A stretch of DNA of 55,931 nucleotides from a virus (taxonomy: Duplodnaviria > Caudoviricetes), in IMG/VR virus record IMGVR_UViG_3300037487_002061, positions 1 through 55,931 of that record. One strand, 5' to 3'. The notes below the pieces were generated by a model, which had not been told where the DNA came from, made no database searches, and worked only from the letters and a program-made list of their open reading frames with translations. Made by a program: the position numbers and the translations under genes. This document shows, one piece after another, positions 39,445-50,600 of the stretch; position 1 is the stretch's first letter, and each line of letters opens with the position of its first letter.

Positions 39445-40208
39445 AAATTAATAACTTGAGTTGAATTAACTTCTTCAAAAATTTGACAAACAACTCCTGT
39501 CCTAATAAGTGTTACACCTGTAGTCATTTCGATCCATGAATTTTTATTTTGTTCCATTCCATTAATATATAAATTAACTTCATTCTCAATGAAATCTTGA
39601 CCATATACATCTTGTTTTAACCCAGTAAAATTTAAAGTATTCTTTTTTTGTGGAATTGCAAAAACCTTTCCAGTTGCAACGCCACTATACAGAAATCCAG
39701 TATTATTTACTATGCTATAAGAACCAGAACCGCTATATAATTTTTGACCGTTTAAAAAATAATCCAGTTGATTTAAATTTCCACTATAACCAGTCAAATT
39801 TAATCTTATATCCGAAACCAAAGAATTAGAAATTTGAGTATTGTTAACCCCAGTCCCTAAAGCTATTTTATTAAATGGCCTTAAATCGAAAAGAAGATTT
39901 CTTTGTAGTAATGGAACAGCGTCAAAATTTTCAAAAAACATTTTTGAAATAGATTCTCCAGTTATAAAATAAAAGTCACCACTTGTTGAATAAATTTTTC
40001 CAAATTGTGAATCTTGAGACGTTGGGTCTCTTTCAATTAAAGTTTGAGAATTAAGAGAAACAATTAGATTATTTGTTCCTGTTCTATTTAATATTGGTAT
40101 ATAAAAAGAATCCAAAATAAAACTTGCTTGTTGATTATTATCAACATCAGTAGAAACGCTACCAGTAATAGTAGAGGTTCCAGTATTTAACATGTAATTA
40201 TAAATCAT
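39441..40208 (-). CDS. Virion structural protein
   Basis: YFLNGQKL and LYINGMEQ repeats; TG/SG-rich. Confidence 0.6.
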   Translation of the reverse strand: MIYNYMLNTGTSTITGSVSTDVDNNQQASFILDSFYIPILNRTGTNNLIVSLNSQTLIERDPTSQDSQFGKIYSTSGDFYFITGESISKMFFENFDAVPLLQRNLLFDLRPFNKIALGTGVNNTQISNSLVSDIRLNLTGYSGNLNQLDYFLNGQKLYSGSGSYSIVNNTGFLYSGVATGKVFAIPQKKNTLNFTGLKQDVYGQDFIENEVNLYINGMEQNKNSWIEMTTGVTLIRTGVVCQIFEEVNSTQVINL

Positions 40209-41569
40209 GGTCTTTCTCCTAAATAGTAAATATAATTTTTCTTAAAATCTTTGGACGAAGTTTCGACAAAGGAAACTCCCGAAGTAGCAGCCCCCGTTTC
40301 ATAAATTTTTCCTGTTAGCGCGACTTGAAGATATCCAGTTATTTCTGTCGTGTAACCAGTTAACGCTGTTACTCCATAAAGCGGGACATTAACATATGTA
40401 TTTAATACTCCGCTTTGCTCATTAAATATATTAATATTCTGACTTACGTCTTGTAAACCAAAAGTATCAAAGGCATTTAACCCAGTAGGATTATAAGTTC
40501 CAGAATATCCAGAATGCAAAAGCCCAATTTCTTCTTTATATGAAATGCCGTCTCCACTGTAATAATTAAATATTCTTGACCCTTCTTTTCTAGAAGAAGT
40601 GCCGCTTAATGAAAATCCACCAGTTAAATAGCCCCCAGATCCAGTTATAACGCTTCTATATCCAGTTACCCCAGTGAAATAACCAGTTACACCTGTCGCG
40701 TATAATGTCGTTGTTGTGTAGCCTGTTATTGTAGCATACTCAGTAACCGCACCAGCGTTAAAATTATAACTTGATATTAAACCAGAACCAAAATCATATA
40801 GAAGTTCGCTTGTTAAATTTCCAGAGAACATAGCTATATTACTTATATATCCGCTAAATGTTTTTTGAATTGGCGTTTTAATCGAATAATAATTTGGAGA
40901 TGATCCAATATATAATAATTCAGAATTCTTAATATAATCCGTGTTTACATAAAATGATTCTGTTTGAATATCATTATTTAAATAATCAAAACGAGAAATT
41001 TCAATTTCATTTGACCCAACAGATAAACCAACAATATTTCTTTTGCTTAATTCAATATTATTCGCCGTGAAAACATATTCTCCAATATTAGATAACGATT
41101 GAAAAAATAATTTTCCTCTGTCGTTAATTCCAAAATTAAAACCCTTAGATCCTTTGTATATAACATTATTTATGGTCTCTTCTGTTTTTCGAAATGATCC
41201 AAATAAAATTCCATTTGAATATTTTTCATTTGAGAAATCAAAAACCATAGAACAATTATTAAAATTAAAATCTGGCTGACCACTAATAATAAGATTACTA
41301 TATGGAAAATAACCAGATCCATTTTGAGCCAAAAAAATACCTGTTGCCCTGTAAAGAGTGCCAGTAGCGGTAAAAGTAACACCAGTTTGGATAAACGCAT
41401 GAAATTTACCAGTATTAAAAGACGGACTAGAATTTTTTAAGTAGGCTCTATGAAGAACACCACTTTGAACAGTAAATACTGAACCAGTATCAAAATCATA
41501 AAAAACCTTTAACTTCTCATTTGAAAGAAGGTTAGTCGAAAGAATATATGACAATGCTTGTGCGCTCAT
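40205..41569 (-). CDS. Tail protein with LamG/ConA-like domain and (V/I)TGY repeats
   Basis: FYDF, LYIGS...FSGYISNIAMF, multiple TGY motifs. Confidence 0.6.
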   Translation of the reverse strand: MSAQALSYILSTNLLSNEKLKVFYDFDTGSVFTVQSGVLHRAYLKNSSPSFNTGKFHAFIQTGVTFTATGTLYRATGIFLAQNGSGYFPYSNLIISGQPDFNFNNCSMVFDFSNEKYSNGILFGSFRKTEETINNVIYKGSKGFNFGINDRGKLFFQSLSNIGEYVFTANNIELSKRNIVGLSVGSNEIEISRFDYLNNDIQTESFYVNTDYIKNSELLYIGSSPNYYSIKTPIQKTFSGYISNIAMFSGNLTSELLYDFGSGLISSYNFNAGAVTEYATITGYTTTTLYATGVTGYFTGVTGYRSVITGSGGYLTGGFSLSGTSSRKEGSRIFNYYSGDGISYKEEIGLLHSGYSGTYNPTGLNAFDTFGLQDVSQNINIFNEQSGVLNTYVNVPLYGVTALTGYTTEITGYLQVALTGKIYETGAATSGVSFVETSSKDFKKNYIYYLGERP

Positions 41570-43128
41570 TAGTAAAGTGAACTTATAGAATAAGTTATAT
41601 TGTCCTCTCCAATATTAGAAGATTCGTTTGTTATTTTACAATTTTTTGTTAAATATTTATTTGCTACCGATTTTAGAGTAGGCAAAGAACCTGATAAATT
41701 TTGAGAAGAAGCCTGAACATTGTATTCTCCAAGCATTCTATTCGCAACAAGTTGATTAACCAATCCGTTCATTCCTTCTTTAATTATTGTCGAAGCAATT
41801 GGCCTCGTATCAGTTATGCTTATTTCACAATTATTTAATGCGCCACTTGAAGGATCAATATTGTTGTTATAACTATAAGAATAAGAAATCGAATTTTCAA
41901 ATGGATTTTTAGTAATAGATTCTTCGTTTGCTATTGGATTTAAATAAGAAGAAGTTTCATAAATATTATTTGATAAAGAAATAAATGAAGAATAATGTTC
42001 TAACGCTAATTTATATGGATCTATTCCACTCAAAGCGGCATTTACTTTTATAAATCTGGCGCTATTTTCAATAGACGTTCCTGTTATGTATAAATCTCCA
42101 ATACCATTATATGTTAATTCTCCATTGACTGTGGAGGTAATTTTATTAGAGTCTTTTGATGCGGCAATTTGAACAGTATAGTTATTAAGCACATCTCCTC
42201 TTAAATCAGAGGGATCTTTAAATTGAAAAGAAAAATTAATACTATTAGAGGTAGCATTAGTTTCGTAATTTGAAGAAACTGGACCCCTTCCCACAAAACC
42301 ATAAACACCCGTTTCAAAATTTGATTTTGATTTAATCAATGCCTCAGAAGCGATTGTTTTTGCATCATTCGCAGTAAAATAACTTTCAGTAACAGGCGTT
42401 CCACCCATAGCACCAACTATTGTTCCATTTACAGTAACTTGCAAACGAGCTTCTTTACTATAATTAATTTGCGTTGTCGTGGATATAATTGAATCTGTTC
42501 TAATTGGATTAGAACTTGTGTTTAAGGTATAATTTTTTGTTAGTCCATAAAAACCTTTAAATTCATCAATGTCTTCAGTTGTGGATCTTAAAACAAAATT
42601 TGTCCCAGTATGAAAAAAACTATAATTTTTAGAATCATTGTGTTGTCCTGTTACCCAAGAATAAGCTTTGGATAATATGTCTCCACTGTCAGTTTTTGCT
42701 CCAATAGCGGAAACAGTATGAACGACATTAATAATTCTTCCATCTTGTTCCGTGTAAGAACGAGTATTTACTGGATCTTTAATCCCGAAATATTCAGAAA
42801 AACTTCCACTTTGATATCCTTCGAAATCTACAGAATAAGGTAAAATTGTAGTTAAATTAGAATCTTGAAAAGATACGGATACTGGTTTTACATAAGTAAA
42901 CGTTTTATCCGCCAATACTAAATTTTGATATCCAGACGACAAAGCTTTTAACATTGCCTGTTTAGTCAAATAAATTCCAGAAAGATTCGCGCCAGTAATA
43001 TTCCCAACTAAAGATATTTTTTTGGTAAAATGGTCTACAGAACCCTTCACATAAACTGCATTATCATCTACTGCAAAAAACGGAGAAGGAGTCGGAAAAA
43101 TATAAGAGCCATATTGTACGTTAATCAT
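41569..43128 (-). CDS. Tail/baseplate structural protein
   Basis: 519-aa beta-rich ORF in the tail operon. Confidence 0.6.
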   Translation of the reverse strand: MINVQYGSYIFPTPSPFFAVDDNAVYVKGSVDHFTKKISLVGNITGANLSGIYLTKQAMLKALSSGYQNLVLADKTFTYVKPVSVSFQDSNLTTILPYSVDFEGYQSGSFSEYFGIKDPVNTRSYTEQDGRIINVVHTVSAIGAKTDSGDILSKAYSWVTGQHNDSKNYSFFHTGTNFVLRSTTEDIDEFKGFYGLTKNYTLNTSSNPIRTDSIISTTTQINYSKEARLQVTVNGTIVGAMGGTPVTESYFTANDAKTIASEALIKSKSNFETGVYGFVGRGPVSSNYETNATSNSINFSFQFKDPSDLRGDVLNNYTVQIAASKDSNKITSTVNGELTYNGIGDLYITGTSIENSARFIKVNAALSGIDPYKLALEHYSSFISLSNNIYETSSYLNPIANEESITKNPFENSISYSYSYNNNIDPSSGALNNCEISITDTRPIASTIIKEGMNGLVNQLVANRMLGEYNVQASSQNLSGSLPTLKSVANKYLTKNCKITNESSNIGEDNITYSISSLY

Positions 43129-44642
43129 GAATCAGTTGTGTAATTAATTACACGGGTTGTCGTTCCATTTGCAGAATCTATTGATATTTGGTGAGAAGTT
43201 ACATACCCAGCAACACTCTCTGGGAGACTATCTAAATAATTTGCCCCGAACATTAATCCCTTTGATTTAAATGGCACAACAATTGCTGTTATTGATCCAG
43301 CTCCAAGACCCTTGTTACCATTAAAGACTACCCTTTCATTTAAATCTGAGATATCTATAACTCTTTGAATCAAGTCTGGTCTTTCTGTTTTAGATATTGT
43401 TTTTTTAAATTTCAATATTCCCCCACTTGTGTTATAAGCGGTATCAGTAGAATAACTTAAGTTTTCTGTTATTTTGCCCTCATGCTTAACAAATGAGGTT
43501 GACCTAGATTTTTCATAAATAGATCCGACAGAAGAGAAAACAGAGGAAATTTTTGTAGAATAAGTCGATTGATTTGAAGAGTATAATGATTTTACATTAG
43601 TAAATCTTTGTTCAAAATCTTTTCCGTCTGAAGAGTAATTTACAGTTAATTGATATTCAAAAAACGTCCCAACTTTATTTTTAACAACAGAATAAGAAAC
43701 AAAATTTGTTTGATTTTTACTTGGGTCATTTGTAAATGATATTTTTAAATTTACAATGCCGCCATCTTTATTTATTCCTTTTTCAATTAAAATCGGACGA
43801 CCATATAAAGAACTATTTGAAGAAACGTATTCATCAATAATTGTTTTGGTATAATTTAATGCATTTTCTTCTAATGGTTCTATTAAAGCTTTAATTTCTA
43901 CATTAAAATCTAAATTTGTAAATCCTTTTTCATCAATATTTTTTGATGAAGTAACTTTTTTAGAATAGGGCGAGCCACTTTCAATTTGAGAAGATTGGAA
44001 ACTTTCAGAAAGAGAAACACTTAAATTAATTAAATCAATACTTTCTGCTTTATTTGTTTTTAAATTTCTGGAATATCTTGCGTTCTCTGAAAGACCATCA
44101 TTTAACTTTCCATAACTTGGCCTTCTTAAAAAATAAAAATTTCTTAAAAAATATTTAGCGTTATTTAAAAATTGATCACCCGCATCTTGTTTATATTTTA
44201 TAGATACATTTCGCGTGAAAGAATAAGAATCATCTGATCTGGAGAAACTAAATGTTTCTTGAAAAGATTCTATCCACTGAGGACTCGCAAGATGTTTTGT
44301 GAAATCATCATTTGCATAAGAATCAAGTCTTTTTGATTCAGCAATAACTATTTTTGCTTCAGTCTCTCCTGTTAAAGAAGTGGAACTAATCGATAAAGAT
44401 TGAAATCTTCCATTAATGAATTCATCGCCGCCGATTCTAGCAATAATGTTCTTTCTGCCATACGCAGTATTTAATGCTTCTATCCCAGTTAATAATACCC
44501 CTGATCCATTGTCAAAAGCAATGTCAGCAACATCTATAGTATAATTTGCTACAATTTCATAACCAAATAAGTGAGTAGAATCAAGATAATTGTAATTTAT
44601 CTGACTTGATGCGCTGATTACTTTATTGACGATTAAACTCAT
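43125..44642 (-). CDS. Tail/baseplate structural protein
   Basis: 505-aa beta-rich ORF immediately after the tape measure gene. Confidence 0.6.
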   Translation of the reverse strand: MSLIVNKVISASSQINYNYLDSTHLFGYEIVANYTIDVADIAFDNGSGVLLTGIEALNTAYGRKNIIARIGGDEFINGRFQSLSISSTSLTGETEAKIVIAESKRLDSYANDDFTKHLASPQWIESFQETFSFSRSDDSYSFTRNVSIKYKQDAGDQFLNNAKYFLRNFYFLRRPSYGKLNDGLSENARYSRNLKTNKAESIDLINLSVSLSESFQSSQIESGSPYSKKVTSSKNIDEKGFTNLDFNVEIKALIEPLEENALNYTKTIIDEYVSSNSSLYGRPILIEKGINKDGGIVNLKISFTNDPSKNQTNFVSYSVVKNKVGTFFEYQLTVNYSSDGKDFEQRFTNVKSLYSSNQSTYSTKISSVFSSVGSIYEKSRSTSFVKHEGKITENLSYSTDTAYNTSGGILKFKKTISKTERPDLIQRVIDISDLNERVVFNGNKGLGAGSITAIVVPFKSKGLMFGANYLDSLPESVAGYVTSHQISIDSANGTTTRVINYTTDS

Positions 44643-44648
44643 TATTAT

Positions 44649-47600
44649 TTATTTCCCCGCCTGACCTAATTGTTTTTCTATATCAAGCAATCTTCCATTT
44701 ACTTGATTACTCAAAGAACTTAAGTTTTTGGTGAAATCAGTAAACCCAGCCAAATTATTCGCTGCATCTTTTACACTTTTAGTTAAAGATTCTACTGCTT
44801 TTGGTATTCCTGTGTCTCCAAACAAACTATTCAATTCGGAAATTTTTGTTTTTAATGTTTCTAGTTCTACATTTAGAGCTTTTTGTTGGTTTTGTAAAGC
44901 TTTTGATTCGGGGTCTTCTGTAGCAGTTGCTTGCTCAGATTCCTTTTTTGCTCTTTCACGAAGTTTTTCAGCTCGTTCTGGCGTAATTTGTTTTTTGGCT
45001 AAAGCCGCTGCAATCTCTTTCTCAGTTGATCCCGTTTTACCTAAACCAGTTAATGAATTAACAATATCTGAACCTCTCTCTGCTTTCTTTTCAGAACCAG
45101 TCACAGCATTTTTTTTCACTGTATCGATGAAATTTTGAATTTTTGTTGGATCACCTTGCGCGGCTTTAAGAGCCTTCATTGTTTCCATTAATTCCCCGCC
45201 AGCGAAAGTCTCTCTAATTGCCTTTTCCACTCCGCTTAAATCTGTAGCCGCCATGCTTGCTGACCCGATTGCCAACCCCGTGTCTTTAGCGGTTAATCCA
45301 GCGTCAGTTTGCATTTGAACTAATTTTTCTTCACCATATCTTTTTGCAAATTCCTTTTGATCTCCATCAGTTTGCCTTAAAATATCTCTTCCCTTTTCTA
45401 CATCTCCTTTTTTCCCAGACTTCAAAAGCCTACCTGCTTCTTCAATCTTATCTTGTAAGGATAACACATCTAATTTCGGACCAGACATTAATTCATTAAT
45501 TTTTCCAGACCCTCCCGCCATAAATTTCGTTCCAGCTTCTTTTATTTTTCCTATTAGTTCAGATAAATTGTTCTGGACTTCGGTTTCTCTATTTAGAGCC
45601 GCTTGCATAGATTCAGCGACATTATTTTTAAATGTTGCTGCTGATGAAATTATATTATCTTTAAATGTTTTCGCGTCTTCTGGTTTTAAATTTGTTTTTA
45701 AATATCCATCCAAAGCTTTTCCAGCTCCGATAGCTCCATCTTTCATATATGCAGAAAACACATCTTTAGAAATAGCTCCACTTATTTCTGCCCCGCTTTT
45801 ACCCTTTAACTTGTCCATTTTAATAGAGTCCATGTTAAGATTTTTTTGGAAATCTTCCCCTGTAAACTCTTTCATGAAGCCAACTTTTGATTCGGTGGCT
45901 AATGTTTTTTTCTGTTCTATTCCTATTGCAGCTTTTGTCGCCTCTGCATATGGTGCGTTTGCTGGCATTGTTACATTTGAGGCAATTCCTTCTGCAAATT
46001 TTTGTTGATCCAATGTGACGGCTTTCTTTTCAAGAGCCGCAGAGAATTTTGAAAGTGCGGAACTTAATGCTTGGAAATTTAATAGTTTTTGAGCTTCCTC
46101 CGCTCTGTTATTTATTATCTGAGACAATTTTGTCATTGCGTTGCCCAAAATAGCTGTATATTCGCCCTCAGCTTGAGTTTTTTCTTCTTCAGATGAGGTT
46201 GAACTTTGAAGAACAGCTTTTGCTTTTTGTTGTGCGTCAGTTATTTCTTTTGAAGAAACTCCACTTGATTTATAGGTTGAGATTATGCTGTTGTACCCAT
46301 TTCTAAGAGCATCAGCGCTCTCTTGTGTTTGATTTCCATTATCGTCAAAAACTTTAGATAACCCAAGTGCCGAACGAGTTAAATCTTTCATACGGTCCAA
46401 GCCTTTCATTTTAGCGTTTACGACTATTGTTGATTCAGCTAAATCTTTTTGCGCTTTTGCTGCTGCGTCTGAAGCCTCTTTGAATGCATTATAACCGCCC
46501 ATTGCCACACCAGCAATAGCACCTAATGCCGCTCCTACTGGACCAAATGACGCGCCCATAGCGGTGTATTGAGCGGTGGTAGAGATCGTGTTTATTGCAG
46601 CAGACTTAAGGGCGCTATCTTCTTCTTTTATTGCAGGAAGCAACGAAGGAAGCGCACTAAGACCCATTTGCAGAGCAATAGATTTCATTCCACCCATTCC
46701 ACCCATTCCACCTCCCGTTCCACCCATTTTAGATCCAGCTTCACCCGCAGTTTTTGCTACATTATTAGCTTTCGTAGTTCCTCCGAACTCAAAGAGATCT
46801 TTCAACGATGGCTTCGACTGGCGATTTCTTTGTTTACTAGACATTGTTGTCTCGTCTATTTTCAAAGGTTTTGCTTGGGGAGACATAGTTCCTGCGGGTA
46901 ACATAGAAAATGTTCCTTTCATAGCAGCTTTTTCTGCTCTTCCTCTTAGAAGTGCTGCATTACCCGCTCCTACGGGCATCATCCTTCCACCAATATTCAC
47001 TTTCGCATCGCCTCCTCCCTTTTCAGGAGGCCCAAGATCGGTAATGCCAAAGTCTTGAGGCTTTGGAGTTGCGCCAATATCTGGGGGTTTTATTGTACTT
47101 AAAGCTTTTCCCGCCTCTGTTGCACCTTTGTTAAGTGGCGCTATTGTTGCTCCCAATTCTTCCATTCTTTTTCTAAAAGCCGCAAGTGTCGCATCTGTAT
47201 CTGACATGCCTTTACTAGCAGGACCTCCTCCCTTCTGCGACGACACTTTTGAGATAGGATCTATGGGCGGGATTGCTCTGTCGACCATTTCTTCCACTCT
47301 TTTTCTAACCGCAATCATCGGATCTATATCTGGCATGCCCCCACTAGCAGGAGGTTCGGCAAAATTAGGAATAAATCCCCTCGCCATACCATAAGTTTTA
47401 ATGCTAGCCCCCTCTTTCTTCGCCCGATTTATACCTTGGAAGCCTCCTTGCGGTTCGTCGCGACGATTAGCGACCATTAATCCAGCGGGATTCATGGGAT
47501 TTTTTAAAGAATTATTTTGATCTACATAGACCTTACTTGGTTCAACTCCTGCGCCGATCTCTCTTGAAATTGCGTCATTGATCGCGGAAAAATTAGGAAT

Positions 47601-50600
47601 AAATCCTTTTGCATAAAAATCATCACTATCATCATCATTGTCTACGACAACGCCTTTAAATACCGCTGGTTTAGCTTTTGGAATGGACGATACAAGATAC
47701 CTAAGAATATATGGAGCAATATCAAAACCTAACGAAGGATTTGCTGGTTGATAAGAATTAATTGAAGACAGAGTCTTTTTTGAAGGAGCGGGTTTATTTT
47801 CGTAACGATCATTTAAAATTTTCTCTCCCGTTGAATTTAAATCCACATCCCATACATCTTTATAACTAAAGACATTTTTGCCATTTATTGTTTTTTGTTT
47901 TCCAGTAAATCCTCCCATTATTGGACTTTCACCATAAAAGCCACCCTTTTCATCAATCATTCTAGGCTCATTCTCGTTTGACATCCCAGTTTCTCTCGCA
48001 CTATTTGCGCTTTTAATCACCTGAGATGCTTCTGCACTATCCTGATAGAATGCTAAATCCCCGTTTTTCTTTTGAAAAAATTGAGACGGTTTTTTACCGC
48101 CATAATCTTTTATATAATCTTTTAGCGATTTTGTTCCACCTAAAAGCTTGTATTTCAAATATAATTCATCCAATTCAGATATTGAGGTTCCCTCTCCAAT
48201 TGGACGATTAGTTGATTGATTCATCTTGCCGTTTACTACATCAACGTACTTTGACTCACCAGAAGGTCTTTCATCTTTGGTTCCGACAATGACATTTTTA
48301 TTATTATAAAGACCCGTGTTTATTCTTGAAGCGGCAAATTTAGCAAAACGCTCTCTTAATATATCATTTCTTAATATTGTTTGAACAGCCGTCTTCGCAT
48401 CCATTAAATCTTTTTTAGTTTTTATTAATTTTTCTGGATCTTGAACGAATTTTGTCAAATTTGCCCATATTGATTCAATATTTAATTTTTCACCTTTGGG
48501 CATTGAGACTCCAAAAGCTTTAGCGGCTTTTGCAGCAAAAAGTCCAGTCTTAGCTATATTAATAGGATTAGTTGTAGCTACTGTTTTTGCAATGCTTGGA
48601 ATCGTTCCTGATGGAATTTTTTTATAAAGATCATAGGCCGATTTTAAAGAGCCATTCAAAGCAAAATTAGGAACAAAACCTCTAGCTGCATATTGAAAAC
48701 GATCCCCCATTTCTTTTTGAAGGCTTTCTATAAACTCTGGCTGATTTTTTTTAATAAAAGATGTATTCTCTAATTGTTTTTGAGACCTGAGATCATCACT
48801 TCCATTTTCGGCCCTTTTTAATCTTCTTTTTTCTATTTCTTCATCAGGAACATTTAAATATTTCAAAGTGCCACCAGAATCTCTAATTGCATTTAAAACT
48901 CCCTGAAGCTGTCCTGAGATACCAGTAGGAGTTTTTGCTAACTCAGATCCAGAAAGTAATGTAAATGAATCGGCTTTTTTGACATCGTCTAAAGAACGAA
49001 TAAACTTGCCCATTCCCATAGCCAATGTCGATTTTCCAGCACCAGAAGGACCAATTATTCCATCTTTTCTTTTTTTTGTTGGTGTTTCTAATATTTTAGA
49101 AAGAACTTGTTTGCTTAATGTTGGGCCTAGCTTGTCTGAATCATAAATATAATTACCACTTTTGGTAGTAGATCCTTTACCAATTTTGGGAACAGATCCT
49201 TTACCAATTTTGGGAATAGATTCTTTAGCAAAGTTTGGTATAAAACCTTTGGCAGCACCATAAGTCTGAGCATTTACTCCCTCTTTCCTAGCTCTAGCTA
49301 TTCCTTGGAGTCCTCCTTGCGGCTCATCACGGCGATTAGCAACCATCAGACCCATTGGGTTCCCAGAGTTCTTCAGAGAGTTGTTCTGATCAACGTAGAC
49401 TTGACTAGGATTAACTCCTGCGCCGATCTCTCTTGAAATTGCGTCATTAATTGCAGAAAAATTAGGAATATAACCAGAAGCAAATCCTTTTAATCCTTTT
49501 ATTTTTGCCGCTCCTTTTGTAATTAATCCTTTGGGAGCATATATAGGAACATTATTTCTATTTGTTACTTTGCTCTCTTCTCTTTTTTTGATTTCAGCGG
49601 CTAATCCAAATAATCTAGTTGTTGGAATATTAGACCTTAATATATCAGCTTGCCTAAGCCTTATTAATTTATCATCATAATCACTGATGGCATTACTTGG
49701 CAAAACTAATCCTTTACCTTTTGGTTTTCCCTCTCCAAAATTAGAATCATTATATGCTGACTTACCAGATATTTTAGCCTCTCTAACTGCGAAAGACCCA
49801 GAAGTGATATCAGGTCCGACTTTATTTTCAGTCATATTAATAGTCGTCTCGTTTCTCAATAACGCTTCGAATATTCTTCCAGCTAATACATTATTTGATA
49901 AATTTGCATCTAAACCATTTATTGCAAAATTAGGAACAAAACCCTTGCTCTTTACTATATTTCTTAAAGGCGCGGGATTAAGTTTTGTTTGCTTGTTAAA
50001 TTCTTCAAAAACTTTTTCAGTCGATGCTGTTGGTCCAGCAGAAGAATAAGCCTTGTCAATAAAGCCTGATATCCCTATTTCTGAATCAAGCTTATCAAAA
50101 ACTTCCCTTAAAGAAATTTTTGCGCCCTTTGAAGAAGAAACAGGAAGAGATTTCCCCCCTTTGAATTTATTTTTAAATATTTCTTGTTCGTTTTTAGAAA
50201 ATCCACTGTTTCCTTCTTTTATTCTTTTTAAAGTTTCGGAAACGTAATTGGGATTAACGTAATTGGGGATAAAGCCACCAGAAGCTCGACGAGTAGGGCG
50301 TGAAGTTGCAGGGGAGGTTATCCCCTTAGTAATATCTTCTCCACTTACAACTTTATTTTGTTTTTTCTTTTTTTCTAAAGCTTTTTCAAAAGCACCTTTA
50401 ACTAGCCTTCTTCTTTCATTAATTTCTGGATCAATTTTTTCTCTATATTCTTTATAAACTTTACCCGCCATGCTTTGTTTAGTTGAGTCCGCAGAATACT
50501 TAAAATCAGCAACTGGAGCGGGTAAAGAATTATTTCCAAATAAATCTTTTAATTTTTTTTGTTCATCTATTTTCGGATTTCTTACATCAAAGTTGCCTTG

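Noticed and set aside
43148-43153. Extra GTGTAA copy before 43128
   Set aside because: It lies inside a coding region at N19 spacing and could be chance; not counted.
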